A DNA stretch of 64,000 bases, from positions 2,480,001-2,544,000 of the forward strand of contig NC_043014.1 in NCBI RefSeq assembly GCF_006345805.1. Direction: 5' to 3'. The stretch is from Octopus sinensis (Eukaryota). Below are positions 25,138 through 38,950 of this stretch, one piece after another; the first letter of the stretch is position 1, and every line of letters starts with the position of its first letter. Under the pieces are notes generated by a model. That model was not told the origin of the DNA and searched no databases. It worked only from the letters and a program-made list of their open reading frames with translations. The position numbers and the translations under genes were made by a program.

Positions 25138-25774
25138 ACGCAAATTTAGACCAATTTCCAAAAAAAAAAAAGAAACAGAAAAAAAAACAACTACCATAAG
25201 TAATACAAAATTTAAGAAAAATACATTTTTATTTTTTCATTTTCATTTTTATTTTATTTTTCCATTTTTAAAATGATTCATTCTTATTTTTTTTTAAAGA
25301 AAAATGAAACTGAGAGAGTGAACTCTTGGTGGAATTTTTTTGTTATTCTTTAAGACTATTCAAAGAAATAGTTGAAGTCTGCTCAATGCAGCATTTGAAG
25401 AACGCAGAAACAGTCCAATAAAAGAGAAAAAACGCTTGTTTTGATGGCTTTAATAGTCTTTGTATCAACTTCCATTTTTTTTTTTTGTTGTTGTCATTAA
25501 CTTTTTTGATGCCAACCACCTCTGAGATTGTCTCAGGTTCTACAATACAAACTTCCTGCTTTAAAGTAATCTAAATTAACCCTTTAGCATTTAATCCAGC
25601 CATATCCGGCCAAAATATTCTCCTTGTTTTATTTTCAAACTGGCCATATTCCGCCTCTCACACTTAGCCTACAATGTTATTCTAAAATTAAACAATCATG
25701 TCATTGAAGTCTCACAGCTACAAAGTAATGTGTGACGAATTCAAATAAATGGGAATAAAAATGCAATATATTTG

Positions 25775-26208
25775 ACAAATACACAGATGCTGTGAAACAG
25801 AAGTTCAGTGAAACCTTTCCAAATCCTGTTGTTCCACATCGTGACAGTGTGTGAGGGATTTGATAAGAAAATTTAGAAACACAGGCTCAGTAGAAGACAC
25901 AGCAAGATGCGGTAGGTCTACTGTTCTTTCAGACGAAACACTCTGCATTTTTTCTGATAAACTGTTGGCAAACCCATCAAAGTCCTTATGCAAATTGTCA
26001 CAGGAAAAGAAATTCAGCCTAGGAAGTGCTCACACGGCAGTAAAAAGAAAATTAAATTTTATGTATTGAAAATGAAGGACGAAATTTTCTACACCTCTTA
26101 TAGCGTTTTTTGAAGTCTCGTAAAGTCTAATTCTTTTGTAGTCTAATACCATCTTTTAAATATTTATTTTGCAATAAAATACTGCGGGGAGACTTTTGGA
26201 GCTCCCTG
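25775..26208 (+). mobile_element. Tc1/mariner remnant (HTH region)
   Basis: RDLIRKFRNTGSVEDTARCGRSTV resembles a mariner N-terminal HTH. Ends CCCTG|TA. Confidence 0.6.
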
Positions 26209-26977
26209 TATAAGTCTGCTTTAACCTTGCACTGCATCAGTTAAGATGATAGGGGTTGCAGTTGATCCGTTAAACAAAACCACCTGCTCATGGAATTAGC
26301 ATGCAAGTGGTTGAGCACACCTCAAACATGCATGGCCCTTAGTGTAGTTCTCGGGGTTGAGGGGAATTCAGCATGATACAGAGGGACAAGGCTGGCCCTT
26401 TTGAAAGACAGGTATTACTCGTTATTTAAGGCGGCAAAATGCTTTGCAGTATTTCGTCTGCCTCTATGTTCTGAGTTCAAATTCTGCCAAGGTCGACTTT
26501 GCCTTTCATCCTTTCAGGGTCGATAAATTAAGCACCAGTTACGCACTTAATACCTATGTCTGTCCTTGTTTAGCCTCTTGTGGGTAATAAAGAAATAGGT
26601 ATTACTCGTTATTGCCAGGTGAGAGGAATGGGAAATAAAGTAATGGTTTATAATGCCTAGGGTTAAAAATCTTTTGGGTGGAAAACCACAGAAACAGTTT
26701 TCTATTCAAGTCTGTGTTGAGTAACTTTTTCACGAACGCCTGATAAATGTTTCATGCAGAATTGCAAGTGCTGTATGGAAAACCAAAAATTTGTCACCTA
26801 AGAAGGTGACTAAGTGGCTGAATCAACACAGCATCATGAGTTAGTGTTTTGTGGTATTTGTTTCAAATCCCTGCATTCTGAGTTCAAGTCCTGTTGAGTT
26901 CAACTTTAACTTTTATTCTTTCACAGGCGTTAAAATAGAGTACTAGACTTGGATAGTGGATCAGAGATTGGTTAGAG

Positions 26978-27178
26978 CAGTGGTTTTCAACCAGGGTTCC
27001 GCCACTACAGTCCAAGGGTTACGCAAGAAGTTACAAAACTGCTAAAATCGGCAGTAATTTTTAAGTCTCCTGTGCAGATATGTGTGCATAAGACTATTAA
27101 ATTATTTCACAGGGGTTCCTCGAGCCAGTGGAATGTTACCTTGGGGTTCCACTCCAGCAAAAAGTTTGAAAAGCACTG
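26978..27178 (-). mobile_element. hAT-type MITE, same family, opposite orientation
   Basis: Reverse complement of 17178-17377. 8-bp TSD GGTTAGAG / GGTTATAG. Confidence 0.88.
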
Positions 27179-28964
27179 GGTTATAGTGTAAGGTGAGATG
27201 TTTTATAGCATGCATTCCTGCTCAGATCTCCTAAGAACAATATAAAATGATTTTTAAAAGATGGTGATGCTTCTACCAGGAGTTGTGACCATGCCAGAGA
27301 AACCAAAAGACAACACAGTTTCTTTGATTCAATCTGAAGATCTGCTGGCAGGACACGTCTTAAATTTCAACCGTAGTCCTTGAACCTACAATCCATGAAA
27401 TACTCATGAAGTTATGTCAAGGGAGATAACTAAAACTGATTATCATCTAAATAACTGGGAAGTGGGGAATACTCAGAGACGTGTCCTGCGTGAAAATTTG
27501 ATAGTAAAGAATTCTTAATGGAGTCACTGGACTGGGGCTCTATCTTGAAGGATTTAGTCTATCGAATCGCCCTGAGTACTTTTTTTTTGCACTGACCCAT
27601 GTAAGTTTTGAGGATGTAAACAAACAAACACCAGTTGTCACAGTGCATATATATACACACACCTAAGGGGATTCCACACAGTTTCCACGTATGAAATTCG
27701 CTCACAAATCATTGGTCAGTCCAAGGCTTTGACTGGAAGACACACAAGGTGCTGTGCAGTGGGACTGAACCCGAAACTATGACTACAAAACAGACTTCCT
27801 AACCTCGCACTCCTGGCACATAGAAAGCACCATCCGAACGTAGCCCATGCCAGCGCCGTCCTTACTGGCTTCCGTGCCAGTGGCACGTAAAAAGCACCAA
27901 CCGATGATGGCCGTTGCTAGCCTCGCCTGGTACATAAAAAGCACCCACTACACTCTCGGAGTGGTTGGTGTTAGGCAGGGCATCCAGCTGTAAAAACACT
28001 GCCAGATCAGACTGGGCCTGGTGCAGCCTCCTGGCTTCCTAGACCCCGGTCGAACTGTCCAACCCATGCTAGCATGGAAAACAGATGTTAAACGATGATG
28101 ATGATATATATATTGGTTTTAGATTTTTGCCCAAAGCCTGCAAGTTCAGGACAGGGGCTAAGTCGATTACATCAACCCCAGTGCTCAACTGTTACTTTAT
28201 CTCCTCTGCCTTTCAATTCTCAGTATTTAAGCTATGCATAGTATTGCTGTAGTACACATGCTGCGTACACTCCTACAACAACGTTTTCTTTATGTGCTAT
28301 AAAGGCAGAAAGAAATCTGCCTTCAACTCAGTCAAATGCCTGTTTTTCATTTATTTTTCGTTTTTTATACTACACAAAGGTCACCAATAGCCTACCATCC
28401 ATATATATATATAGTTATAGTAGTAAGGTGTCAAGCTGGCAGAATTGTTAGCATGTGGGGAAAAATGCTTTCTGGCATGTCACAAAGCATATATCATTAT
28501 CATCATCATCATCATCGTTTAATGTCCGCTTTCCATGCTGGCATGGGCTGCACGATTTTACTGAGGGCTGGCGAACCAGATGGCTGCGCTGTGCAAGGTT
28601 CCAATCTGATCAGGCAGAGTTTCTACAGCTGGATGCCCTTCCTCACGCCAACCACTCTGAGAGTGTAGTGGATGCTTTTACGTGCCACTGGCATGAGGGC
28701 CAGTCACGCGGTGCTGGCAACGGCCACTCTCAAATGGTGCTTTTTATGTGCCACCTGCACAGGAGCCAGTGCAGTGGCACTGGCAACGACCTCACTCAAA
28801 TGTTTTTTCATGTGCCACCAGCACAAGTGCCAGTGAGGTGATGCAGCTAACGATTACACTCAAATGGTGTTTTTAATGTGCCATCGGCTCGGAGGCCAGC
28901 TTGTTGCTCTGGTCCATATATATATATAGAGAGAGAGAGTTATAGTATATATATATATATATAT

Positions 28965-29400
28965 CCCACAGCATAGCAGAATTCACATGAAAGTGTGTAT
29001 TTTCCAAGCGCTCATCCAGAACCTCCTTCTCTATGGGTGCAAATCCTGACCAGTGAGAGCTGAAGATCTCTGAAAACTCAGAGTCTTTGACCACCACTGC
29101 CTATGTCAAATTCTGTGTGTTGACCCATTGGGCTTCATTTCAAACCTCAAAATGCAACAACGCTGCTGCGTCAATTCTTTGATACAAATTCTGTTCACAA
29201 GATGTGTAAAGCATCTTGGCCATACATTCTATCAGCCTCCAGGGAAATTTATTCACAAAGTGATCAACCTGGTTCTCCTCAAAGGTTGGCATAAATGAGA
29301 TGGAGGAAAGCTGAAGACAGCTGGCAACAGTAAAGGTGGATGTGGAAGCACAATTGGGCCCATTGAGATAAACCTTTAACAGTCCTTCCCATGCCTTACC
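28965..29400 (+). mobile_element. Degenerate RTE remnant
   Basis: IFQALIQNLLLYGC...KLRVFDHHCL, with stop codons. Confidence 0.5.
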
Positions 29401-31289
29401 CCACTTCCTTTTTCAACAGTTTCCTCTCCTCAAATCTCTCAGTACTTCTTTACCAAACCCTTCCTGTCATCTTCCATGCATGTAATATGTCCACACCGGT
29501 TTAATCGTTTCTCTGATTCTTCAGGGAGGAAGTAATGCTCTCTATTCCGAGGGCATGAAAGTGGTTATGTGTGAAACTTCAAAAGCAGGTTTATGTACCT
29601 TACGTATTGTGTAATGATCACATATAATTTTGCCAGTCTAGGGCTGAATGAAATGTGACCATTATAAAGATCACATCTATGGGGCTATCTTTCGGTACAA
29701 GTACCATAACTGCCAAGTCTGTTTGTTTACATTTGAAGAAGAAGATTGTCACTTTCCGTAAAGTTTTTTTTTTTATATATGGGGGGTTAGGGTTATGGGT
29801 GGGGGAAAAGGGTTTCTTTTTTCTTCAGAAATGTAAACAAACCCACGTGGGTTTATAATTGGCAGTTATGGTACTTAAAAGGTGAGCTGGCAGAAATGTT
29901 AGCACACTGGACGAAATGCGTAGCCGAATTTCTTCTGCCGTTATGATCTGAGTTCAAATTCCGCCGAGGTCCACTTTGCCTTTCATCCTTTCGGGGTCAA
30001 TGAATTAAGTACCAGTTACACACTGGGGTCGATGTAATCAACTTAATCCATTTAGCCCCTTGTGGGTAGTAAAGAAATAGGTACTTGTACCGAAAGATCG
30101 CCCATCTATGGTTTTCAGCAGTGGATCCAGGAGTGGGTATCCATTACAGCCTTCACTGCAGCTGACCGTAAGATGTGGACAGCATTCTTGGAGGACATTA
30201 TGAACTCATTCGTCAGAACCACCCCAAACTACCCTAAATGAATGCCTCTGCAAGTATAAGTAATTGGGTTGAAAAAGTTGATAGAGCTATCTTTGCTGGA
30301 AGCAAACAGCTTCTTTGTGCAAATGAAGGACAGATTGTATATCTGTGCACAAAGGACAATGGTGGTAGAACTGAACAGGGAAGGCAAAAGCTGGAGAGAA
30401 ATTGGTCAAGCAAGCTCTAATGCATGTGAAACAATAGCCTAAAATCAGTGCTTCCCAACTTATTTTCTTCAAGGCCTCTCTATAACTTTCCAGAACAATG
30501 CATGCCCCACCAGAGGTTGTGAAAAATTGTGGGTGAGTATGTTTACTATGAAAAAAAGACTTTCACTTTTCCATGTCCCGCTAGAAAAAAGAAAAAATTC
30601 TGAATCCAAGGCCCCACATTGGAAATTGGTAGTGTAAATCAACAATGGAATGAAAACAATTTAAGAGAAAAATTAACGAGAGATAATTAGATCTGCTCAT
30701 TATACAGTAATTAAGGCACAAGAACCTGGTATTTAGGTTTTGTGGATAACCACTTATGTACTCTCAGAGTAGAGAGTATTCCTTTGATTCTCAAAGGAAT
30801 CAGAAAAACAATTAAACCAGTGTGGACACATTGCATGCCTAGAGGATGACTGGGAGGGGTGGGTAAAGAAGTGCAATCTTTGTCGTCATTGTCATCATTG
30901 TCGTCATCGTCGTCATTGTCATCATCATCATCATCATAGTCATCATCGTCGTCATTGTCATCATCGTCATCGTCATCACGTTCTGTTCTCGAGCAAAACA
31001 CTTTAATTCATGTTGCTCCAGTCCACTCAGCTGTAAAAGGATACAACCCGTGACGGAATAGTCTTTCGATCAGAGGGAATTGCTGACCTGCTCACCCAGC
31101 CAGCTGGGTGGCATCATCAGGAGGATAAAATGATGCAAAGCGCATTGTGATCAGTGATGTGTAACAACATCCAATAGTCTGGTCAGTCACACGATCGCGG
31201 GATAAGCACACTCACTCACACAAACATACACTCATTTTTTAGTGATACATCACACCCACACATAATCCTATATATAAACTGATACATAA

Positions 31290-31800
31290 TGCATATATAT
31301 ATATATAGACAGATAGAAAGAAAGAAAGATAGATAGATAGATAAGACAGATAAACAGATGGATAGATAGATACAGACAGACAGACAGATAGATAGATAGA
31401 TAGATGGATGGATGGATAGATAGGTAGATGGATGGATGGATAGGTAGGTAGATAGATGGATAGATAGATAGATGGATGGATGGATAGGTAGGTAGATAGA
31501 TAGATAGATGGATAGATAGATAGATGGATGGATGGATAGGTAGGTAGGTAGATAGATAGATGGATGGATGGATGGATAGATAGGTAGGTAGATAGATAGA
31601 TGGATAGATAGAATGATAGATAGATAGATGGATGGATAGATAGATAGATAGACAGACAAACAGGCAGACAGAGAAATAGATAGACTGACAGACAGTTAGA
31701 TAAATAAAAAGATAGACAGACAGACAGATTGATTGATAGATAGATAGATGGATGGATACATAGATAGATTGTTAGATAGATAGATAGACAGATAAATTTA
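31290..31800 (+). repeat. (GATA)/(GGAT)/(GACA) compound microsatellite
   Basis: Visible tetranucleotide runs. Confidence 0.95.
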
Positions 31801-32313
31801 TTTTTGATGTAGAGAAAAACACCATAAATAAATATAAAATATATTAAGAAACAATTATTATTATTATTATTGTCATTATTGTTGATTGCTACTGTTGTTG
31901 TTGTTGTTAGCACCATCATTGTGTATAGGATTTCCTTGGCAAAACAACAAATCTGTGTCAATAAAATGAAGCTAAAATTTAGGCTGGATTAATTTCACAC
32001 GACTTACTTATCTTACCTTGGATTAAGTAGAAATCCAAAATCTATGCAATTAGATATTAATGTAATTAAACATTGATTGATTCATATTGCTCGTTATGTT
32101 CTATGCTGTATCTATTGGTAATTAACTAAGTAGTAAAGTTGGTATTTCATCTTGACTGGAAACATTTCTTCCTCTCTATTGTGTTGTTGATAACAAAGAG
32201 TGTCTTGTTTCTACTACTGCTGCTGCTACTACTACTACTGCTACTGCTGTTGTTGTTTAGGCCAAAGTCAGCTTTTCATAAAGCAGACTTATAACCAAAT
32301 CTATTTTTAGTCG

Positions 32314-32456
32314 GCCCCCTTTCAACCTCCTATCGACCCCCTTTCAACCACCTTTGGACTCCCTTTCAACTCCCTTTCAACCCCCTTTCAACCACCTTTG
32401 GACCCCGTTTCAACTCCCTTTCAACCCCCTTTCGACCCCCTTTCGACTCCCTTTCC
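32314..32456 (+). repeat. 11-bp minisatellite, ~13 units
   Basis: CCCCCTTTCAA and variants. Confidence 0.9.
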
Positions 32457-32989
32457 AAACTTTTCCTGCAACTTGAAGATTATACCCAGACACATCTTCC
32501 CTGTCTTTTCTCCTTTTCCAACCAGAGTAGCCATGTGTCTCCTTTATTGCTGTTCTTGTCCCCTTATCATACATATTATAATCCCTCGTCACCTGGCACA
32601 AAGCCATCTCCCTCAATATCATTCTCCCATCCCCACTCAGCTGAGTCATCTTTTCTGGTGAATTATTCAGAGACTCACTGGTGCTGGTGCAACATAGAAA
32701 ACACCCTGTCCCCTCAGCAAAGTGGATGGTGTTGGGAATGGCATCCAATTGCAGAAACCATGACAAAGTAGGCATTGGAGCGAGCTTGGCAAAGTCCTCT
32801 TGTTTTTCAATTCCTGTCAAACATCCAACCCATACCAAATTGAAAAACGGATGTTAAACAATGATGATGATGACGATGACAACGACAGGGTTAGCAACAG
32901 GAAGACTATCCACCCATAAAAACACTGCGCTAGATAACCTGTCTAACCCATGCTGGCATAAAAAAAAATAGATGTAAAATGCTACAGCT

Positions 32990-33290
32990 GGTGAATAAAT
33001 GCCTATGCAATTTCAGAAACAGAATTATTTGTCCTTCAAAAAATCAGTGTTTAATGAAGAATATAGTGTATCAATGTAAGGTCAATGTACAGGGGATTGT
33101 ACATATTACACAGGTTCTTCTGCTACAATTTGTGAATCTTGACTACATAATCATTCTTTTTCTTTTAGGTTTAGAAGAAAATGTACTTCTATGAATCTCA
33201 GTAAATACATTTGGGATTTAAAAGACAGAGAACGTTAATTATGATATAAAGAAGACTGTTATTAATTGTGCACCATTGTACAATACTGGT
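32990..33290 (+). mobile_element. Decayed Penelope-like element, endonuclease-region remnant
   Basis: CNFRNRIICPSKNQCLMKNIVYQCKV and, after a frameshift, LSKYIWDLK. Both resemble the Cys-rich linker and GIY-YIG region of Neptune-type PLEs. No intact GIY/YIG motif seen. Confidence 0.5.
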
Positions 33291-34540
33291 AATTTTAAAT
33301 GTGACTTTTGCCTTGAGGAAGTCATCATCATCATCATCATTGTTTAATGTCCATTTTCCATGCTGGCATGGGTTGGATGGTTTGATTTGGAGAGCCAGTG
33401 GCTCCACCAGGCTCCAGTCTGATCTTGCAATGTTTCTACAGCTGGAAGCCCTTCCTAACGTCAACCACTCCGAGAGTGTAGCAGGTGCTTTTTACATGCC
33501 ACTGGCACAAGAGCCAGTCAAGTGTGCCTGGCATTGATCACTTTCAGATAGTACTTTTTATGTGCCACCAGCACAGGGGCCAGTCAGGGGGTACTGGTAT
33601 CAGCCTTGTTCGGTTGGTGCTTTCTACATACCACCAGCACAAAAGCCAGTGAAGGGGTACCTGCATAATATAATTAATTCTAAATTAGTAATATTATATT
33701 GTAGAAATAATTTTATGCCAAAATGTTCTCATAAATACAGAAAAGTGTTTAAATATTTAAATAGTAAATAAGTCATCAACTCTAATTGTTTCTCTTATAA
33801 TCTAATATGCATAATTTTGCTAAAATAAATTTTTAGCATATCTAATAGAGAGATAACTAATTGCCATGACAGAATTTCTGAGCTTCCAATTACTCTGATG
33901 TAGAATTTCTATGTTTATTTTTATTGTTTCATTATCTACTGACGTCATTAAAAGTTAAATACTAAACTGGCTTTTTTTAAAAATATATTCCTTCGTGAAC
34001 TTTTTTTTATATGCATTTAACTATTAGAGATATTAAATGTGTGTGTGTGTGTGTATGCGTGCATGCGTGTAAAGGCACATGGCTTAGTGTGTGTTGTAAT
34101 TCTTAATGTCGGATTGTTATAACACATCCACTCTGGTATAGTAATATAGTTAAACCAGTAAAGACACGACTGTCTATGACATTCTACTTCATACTCTCTC
34201 TCTATACTGACTGATGTCACCTTATTTATAGCGACTAGCACGTACCACTCGTCATGTGGGAGGAGTGTACCATTATTACTATTATCCCCACAACAATGTG
34301 TTGCCTTCATGATCTTAAGATTGAGGTTTCGATTCCTGTATATGGCAATATGTTGTGTTCTTGAGAGAAACACTTCTTTTCACGTAGCTCCAGTTCACTC
34401 AGCTGGCAAAAAGGAGTTAATCCTGCGATGGACTGTCGTCCTGTCCAGTGGGTAGAATACATATGACACAGAATCTGGGAAACTGGCATTATGGGCCTAT
34501 GGCTTGGGAAGAAGCTTTGATCCTTTATATATATATATAG

Positions 34541-34770
34541 GGAAAATTCACAAATAAGCAAAAGCCGAAGACAGGTGGTGTAGACAACAAACAGATGTGT
34601 TAGTATAACGTTCGGAAAGTGAAAATGTCTTTAATGTTTCGAGCCTACGCTCTTCCACAGAAAGAAACAAGGAGAAAAAATAAAGAATGTGTAGTGGCTA
34701 GCGATCTATCATGGCGACTGCCGGACAGAAGGGTCACACGGGAGAGCTAGGGAGAAGGGGATACAGATTG
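34541..34770 (-). mobile_element. Short repeat with hammerhead-like motif, family H4 (34629-34664)
   Basis: CUUU-CUGUGGA-A-GAGC(GUAG)GCUC-GAAA-C-AUU-AAAG. Core is deviant (A6>U; 16.2 G>A). Confidence 0.5.
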
Positions 34771-36339
34771 ATACCTACCTACATATATAAATATATTTAT
34801 ACTTATATATATATATGTTATATGTATACACACATGCATATATGTATAAATATATTTGTGTGTGTGTATGAGACGCTTTCCATAATCACAGTTTCCATCT
34901 GCCAAATTCATTCAAAAGGCTGGCCTAGGTCCATAGAAGGGGACACTTGTTCAAGGTACTGTAGAGTGGGGCTCAACTTCAAACCTTAAACCCTTTGCAA
35001 ACTTGTGCTTTAACCAGATGGCTCTATCTGCACCAATCTCTAATCTTTTTCTTATTTCAATCATTAGACTGTGGCCATGCTGGGGCACCACCTCGAGGGA
35101 TTTTGGTCAAATTAATTGACCCCAGTAAATCAACCACACACACAAACACACACATGAGTGTTTGCTGAAAAGTTCTGGCTTTCGGTAAAATAAAATACAG
35201 GAAGATCAGTTAATTATGATTTTATTCAATATATTCCCCTCTCAGATTCACACACTTATTGCAGTGGCCCTTTTTAATTTTTCTAAGCCTGGTACTTTAG
35301 CCAAACCGCTAAGTTATGGGGATGTAAACACACCAACACCGGTTGACAAGCAGTAAGTGGTGGGGACAAACACCGACACAAAAATACACACGTGCACACA
35401 CACAAAGGGCTTCTTTCAGTTTCCGTCGACCAAATCCACTCACAAGGCTTTGGTCAGCCCAAGGATTTAGTAAAAGACACTTGCCCAAGGTGTCACACAG
35501 AGGGACTGAACCTGGAACCATGTGGTTGGAAAGCAACCATTTTAGCATGCAGCCACTCTTGTGCTTGTTTTCATAAGAAAAAAAAAAATCAGAGCTCACC
35601 ACCCCCACAGCCTCCTCCCCACTCCCCCGACTATTTGCATATTCATAGTGTATAACAATAATCAACTGATCTCGTGTAATTACAATATTCTTCCCCTGAC
35701 GAATTCTCTCCTCCTTCAATCCCAATCTACACAATGAATCGAATCGAACGAATCCATTGTCTTCCACCAAAGTTAAAGCTACATAAAAGACGTCCTCCGG
35801 GGAAGGACATCTCCGAGGAAACAGCTTCCTTCTACAATACGGCGCCAACATCGAAGACCAACCCCACAACCACCAACCGTCCAAATGGCTGCTAACGTCT
35901 ATCTTCGTGGCTTAAACAGGCCTTTTATTACAACAATAACTGTTCAGATATCCGCTTAACACTTACTCATGTCTGTTCAATTGAGTCTCAATTTCCTTCA
36001 GTTTTTCTTGTTTTTTGTTATTTTACAATAACATCGATGTTGTTGTCGTAGTTGTTGTTGTTGTTGTTGTGATTGATAGGTCAAGCTAATGAAAGATAAT
36101 GAAAAAGTAATATACTTGTCACAGCAGGTCATTTAAGGTACATTATAGGCTGGACGACTGCGCTTTTTCTGTTGCCATGGCGTTGACTAATGTTTTGTTG
36201 TTGTTGTTGTTGTTGTTGTTGTTAATGGTGGAGTGGTGCTGGGGAGGGTGTTCTGTATTATCTTGATGTTTAAAACAACTCAAGCATTCGCTATTGTTAA
36301 GTTTGTAGGATGAGGTTCCAGGAAAATCTATATTATTCG

Positions 36340-36765
36340 CAAAGGGCGGCAAGCTGGCAGAATCGTTAGCACGCCGGGCGAAATTCTCAGCAGTATTTTT
36401 TTGTCTGCTGCTACGTTCTGAGTTCAAATTCCGCCGAGGTTGACTTTGCCTTTCATCCTTTCGGGGTCGATTAAATAAGTACCAGTTACGCACTGGGGTC
36501 GATATAATCGACTTAATCCCTTTGTCTCTCCTTGTTTGACCCCTCTGTGTTTAGCCCCTTGTGGGCAGTAAAGAAATAGGTATTTCATCTGCCGTTACGT
36601 TCTGAGTTCAAATTCTGCTGAGGTCGACTTTACCTTTCATCCTTTCGGGGTCGATTAAATTAAGTACCAGTTACGCACTGGGGTCGATATAATCGACTTA
36701 ATCAGTTTGTCTCTCCTTGTTTGTCCCTTCTGTGTTTAGCCCCTTGTGGGTAGTAAAGAAATATA
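36340..36765 (+). mobile_element. tRNA-derived SINE family B (partial tandem dimer)
   Basis: GGCGGCAAGCTGGCAGAA...GAGTTCAAATTCC...GCCTTTCATCCTTTCGGGGTCGAT core. Other copies: ~9790-10110(-), 11735-11940(-), 16965-17135(+), 26425-26605(+), 29875-30085(+), 40665-41120(nested), 43135-43365(+), 57790-58257(-, dimer), 62370-62820(+). Confidence 0.85.
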
Positions 36766-37104
36766 TATTATTCACATCTCCTAAATGTGTGTGTGCGTGA
36801 GTTTATGTCTGTGTGTGTGTGTCTGTATGTATACAGGGATGGGCAAAGTAGATCATAGAATTCTTATCCTAGAAAAAGAAATAGGGAAACAAAAAGAAAG
36901 TGACAACTAGGGCCTAGTGCAGCCCTCTGGCTTTCTAGTTCCTATCAAACCATCCAACCCATGCCAACATGGAAAATGGACTTAAAATGATGACAATGAT
37001 GATGATGACAACGACGACGACGATGATGATGATGATGATGATATTGAGAGGGTGTTTACATTTTTGTACTGATAATAAAATGTTAAAATAAAAAGGTAAC
37101 TGTC

Positions 37105-37280
37105 TTTCTAGAGAGAAATCATTTATATTCCAACCGCATTGGCATTCAGAGACTGCATAACAACATTGCTGGCACCATTTTGCTGACATTGTAAATGCTC
37201 TGGGATGTGGCTTCAAGACAGATGGCATTTATCTTGCTTTCAGTAAAGCTTTCAGTAGGGTCAGCCACTGCATTCCTCTG
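37105..37280 (+). mobile_element. Degenerate CR1/Jockey-type RT remnant
   Basis: DGIYLAFSKAFSRVSH, approximating the consensus D.IYLDFSKAFD.V.H. Confidence 0.55.
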
Positions 37281-38412
37281 CCTCATCGTTTAGCACCTGT
37301 TGTCCATGCTGGCCCAGGTAAAACAGTTTCATAGGAACTAGCAAGCCTGAGAGCTGCACCAAGCTCCAATTGTCTGTTTTGGTACTGTTTCTATAGCTCA
37401 ACATTCTTCCTTGGCCAACCACTCTACAGAGAGTACTGGGTGCCGTTTACATGGCACCAGCACTGTGCTTTCTACATGGCACTGACCTCAAGTGCTTTTT
37501 ATATGGCACCAGCTCAGGGGATGACACAAAACACCTGTGCTTTTATGTGGAACACAGATGCTTTTTATGTGGAACTAACACATGTGTTTTTCACCTGACC
37601 ATTCAATAAAATAACAAGGACATTTGTGGTCACTTACCTGGTCACTTCCAATAGCTAATACCAACAGCCCAAGTACTAAAAAAACCATTCAACATTAGTA
37701 AATTGCTGCGTGTTTTCCAAGAACCAATACCCAACATGTTGTGATTGATGGGATAATTGGCTACATGTGATTATCTTCCTTTTTCATTCAGTGTCAGTTG
37801 CAGCTGACGCTAAGTGTTTGTTTACTTTCGTTTTGAAACAAAAAACTTTTGCTAAATCAAGAAATTTTCATGAATGGTGATCAGCAAGCACTTCTTTGTC
37901 CTTGTTTTCTAAATTTATGTCATTGACCCAGGAAGAAGTTTTCTCTCATACATCATGTTTGTTTTGCATGTGTGTGTGTGTTTACATTTCTAATGTAATT
38001 TTAGAAGCATAGAGAAATATGAAAATAACCCACTTTTGCATTGAATGTACCAAAGTAATTGCAACTATAAAATGTTTGCGTGTGTATACATATACATATA
38101 TATATAAAGAGAGAGAGAGAGAGAGAGCAACGTTTGCATTCAATTAATGTAATTAACAAATTATAAAAGATGCTTATCTTCTCACACAGACAAACAAATA
38201 GACAGACAGACAGACTGATGGATGTAGATGTGGGTATGGATACAGACAGATATATCGATAAAGATGTCTCAACAAATTCCATCAGATCCATGCAAACCTG
38301 GAAAGGTAGATGTTAAATGATGGTAACGATAATATGTATAACTACAGCAATGTATATATATATATATATACATACATACATAGACATATATAAATGTGTG
38401 TGTGTGTGTATA

Positions 38413-38950
38413 CAGGGTGCGTAAGTTATTTGAGGACAGATTTATGCTTATAAAAAAAGACAGATATATAATAACAGATAATAACTTTATTTAGCAAAAA
38501 ATGCTGTGAGGATGAAAATAAACCTTCTTTTCTATAATGTTATTCAATAAATCCACCTTCAGTTTCAACAGCTGCTTCTATATGAGATCTAAATCATCTA
38601 CATGCTTGAATCAAGTGGTCTTGGTTCATTTTGGACATTACTCCGACTAAGGAAGCTTTCAATGGGTGTGTTCATTGACCTCTCTCTCAACAATGCTCCA
38701 CATGTAATAGTCCAATGGATTGAGATCTGGGGAATTAGGAGGCCAAATGTTAGGGGTTATGTGATCATGAAACTTTTCAGCCATCCATTCCTGTGTTACT
38801 AGAGCCATGTGTGATACTGCAGAGTCTTACTGAAACACATATGGCCTTTCATTGCATAACAATTGTTTTCAGGACCTCAATGTAAGTGGCAGATTTAACT
38901 CCAAGGCCCTGTGGAAAGAAGTAAGGAGGCATCACATGTCCTTCTTTTAG
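38413..38950 (-). mobile_element. Tc1/mariner transposase 3' remnant
   Basis: Minus strand reads WPPNSPDLNPLDYYMWSIVERE...GGFIE-stop. TA|CAGGGTG terminus. Confidence 0.8.

Noticed and set aside
35309-35884. 191-aa minus-strand ORF
   Set aside because: Its C-terminal half is family-C SINE sequence. The unique part is reported only as an unexplained island.
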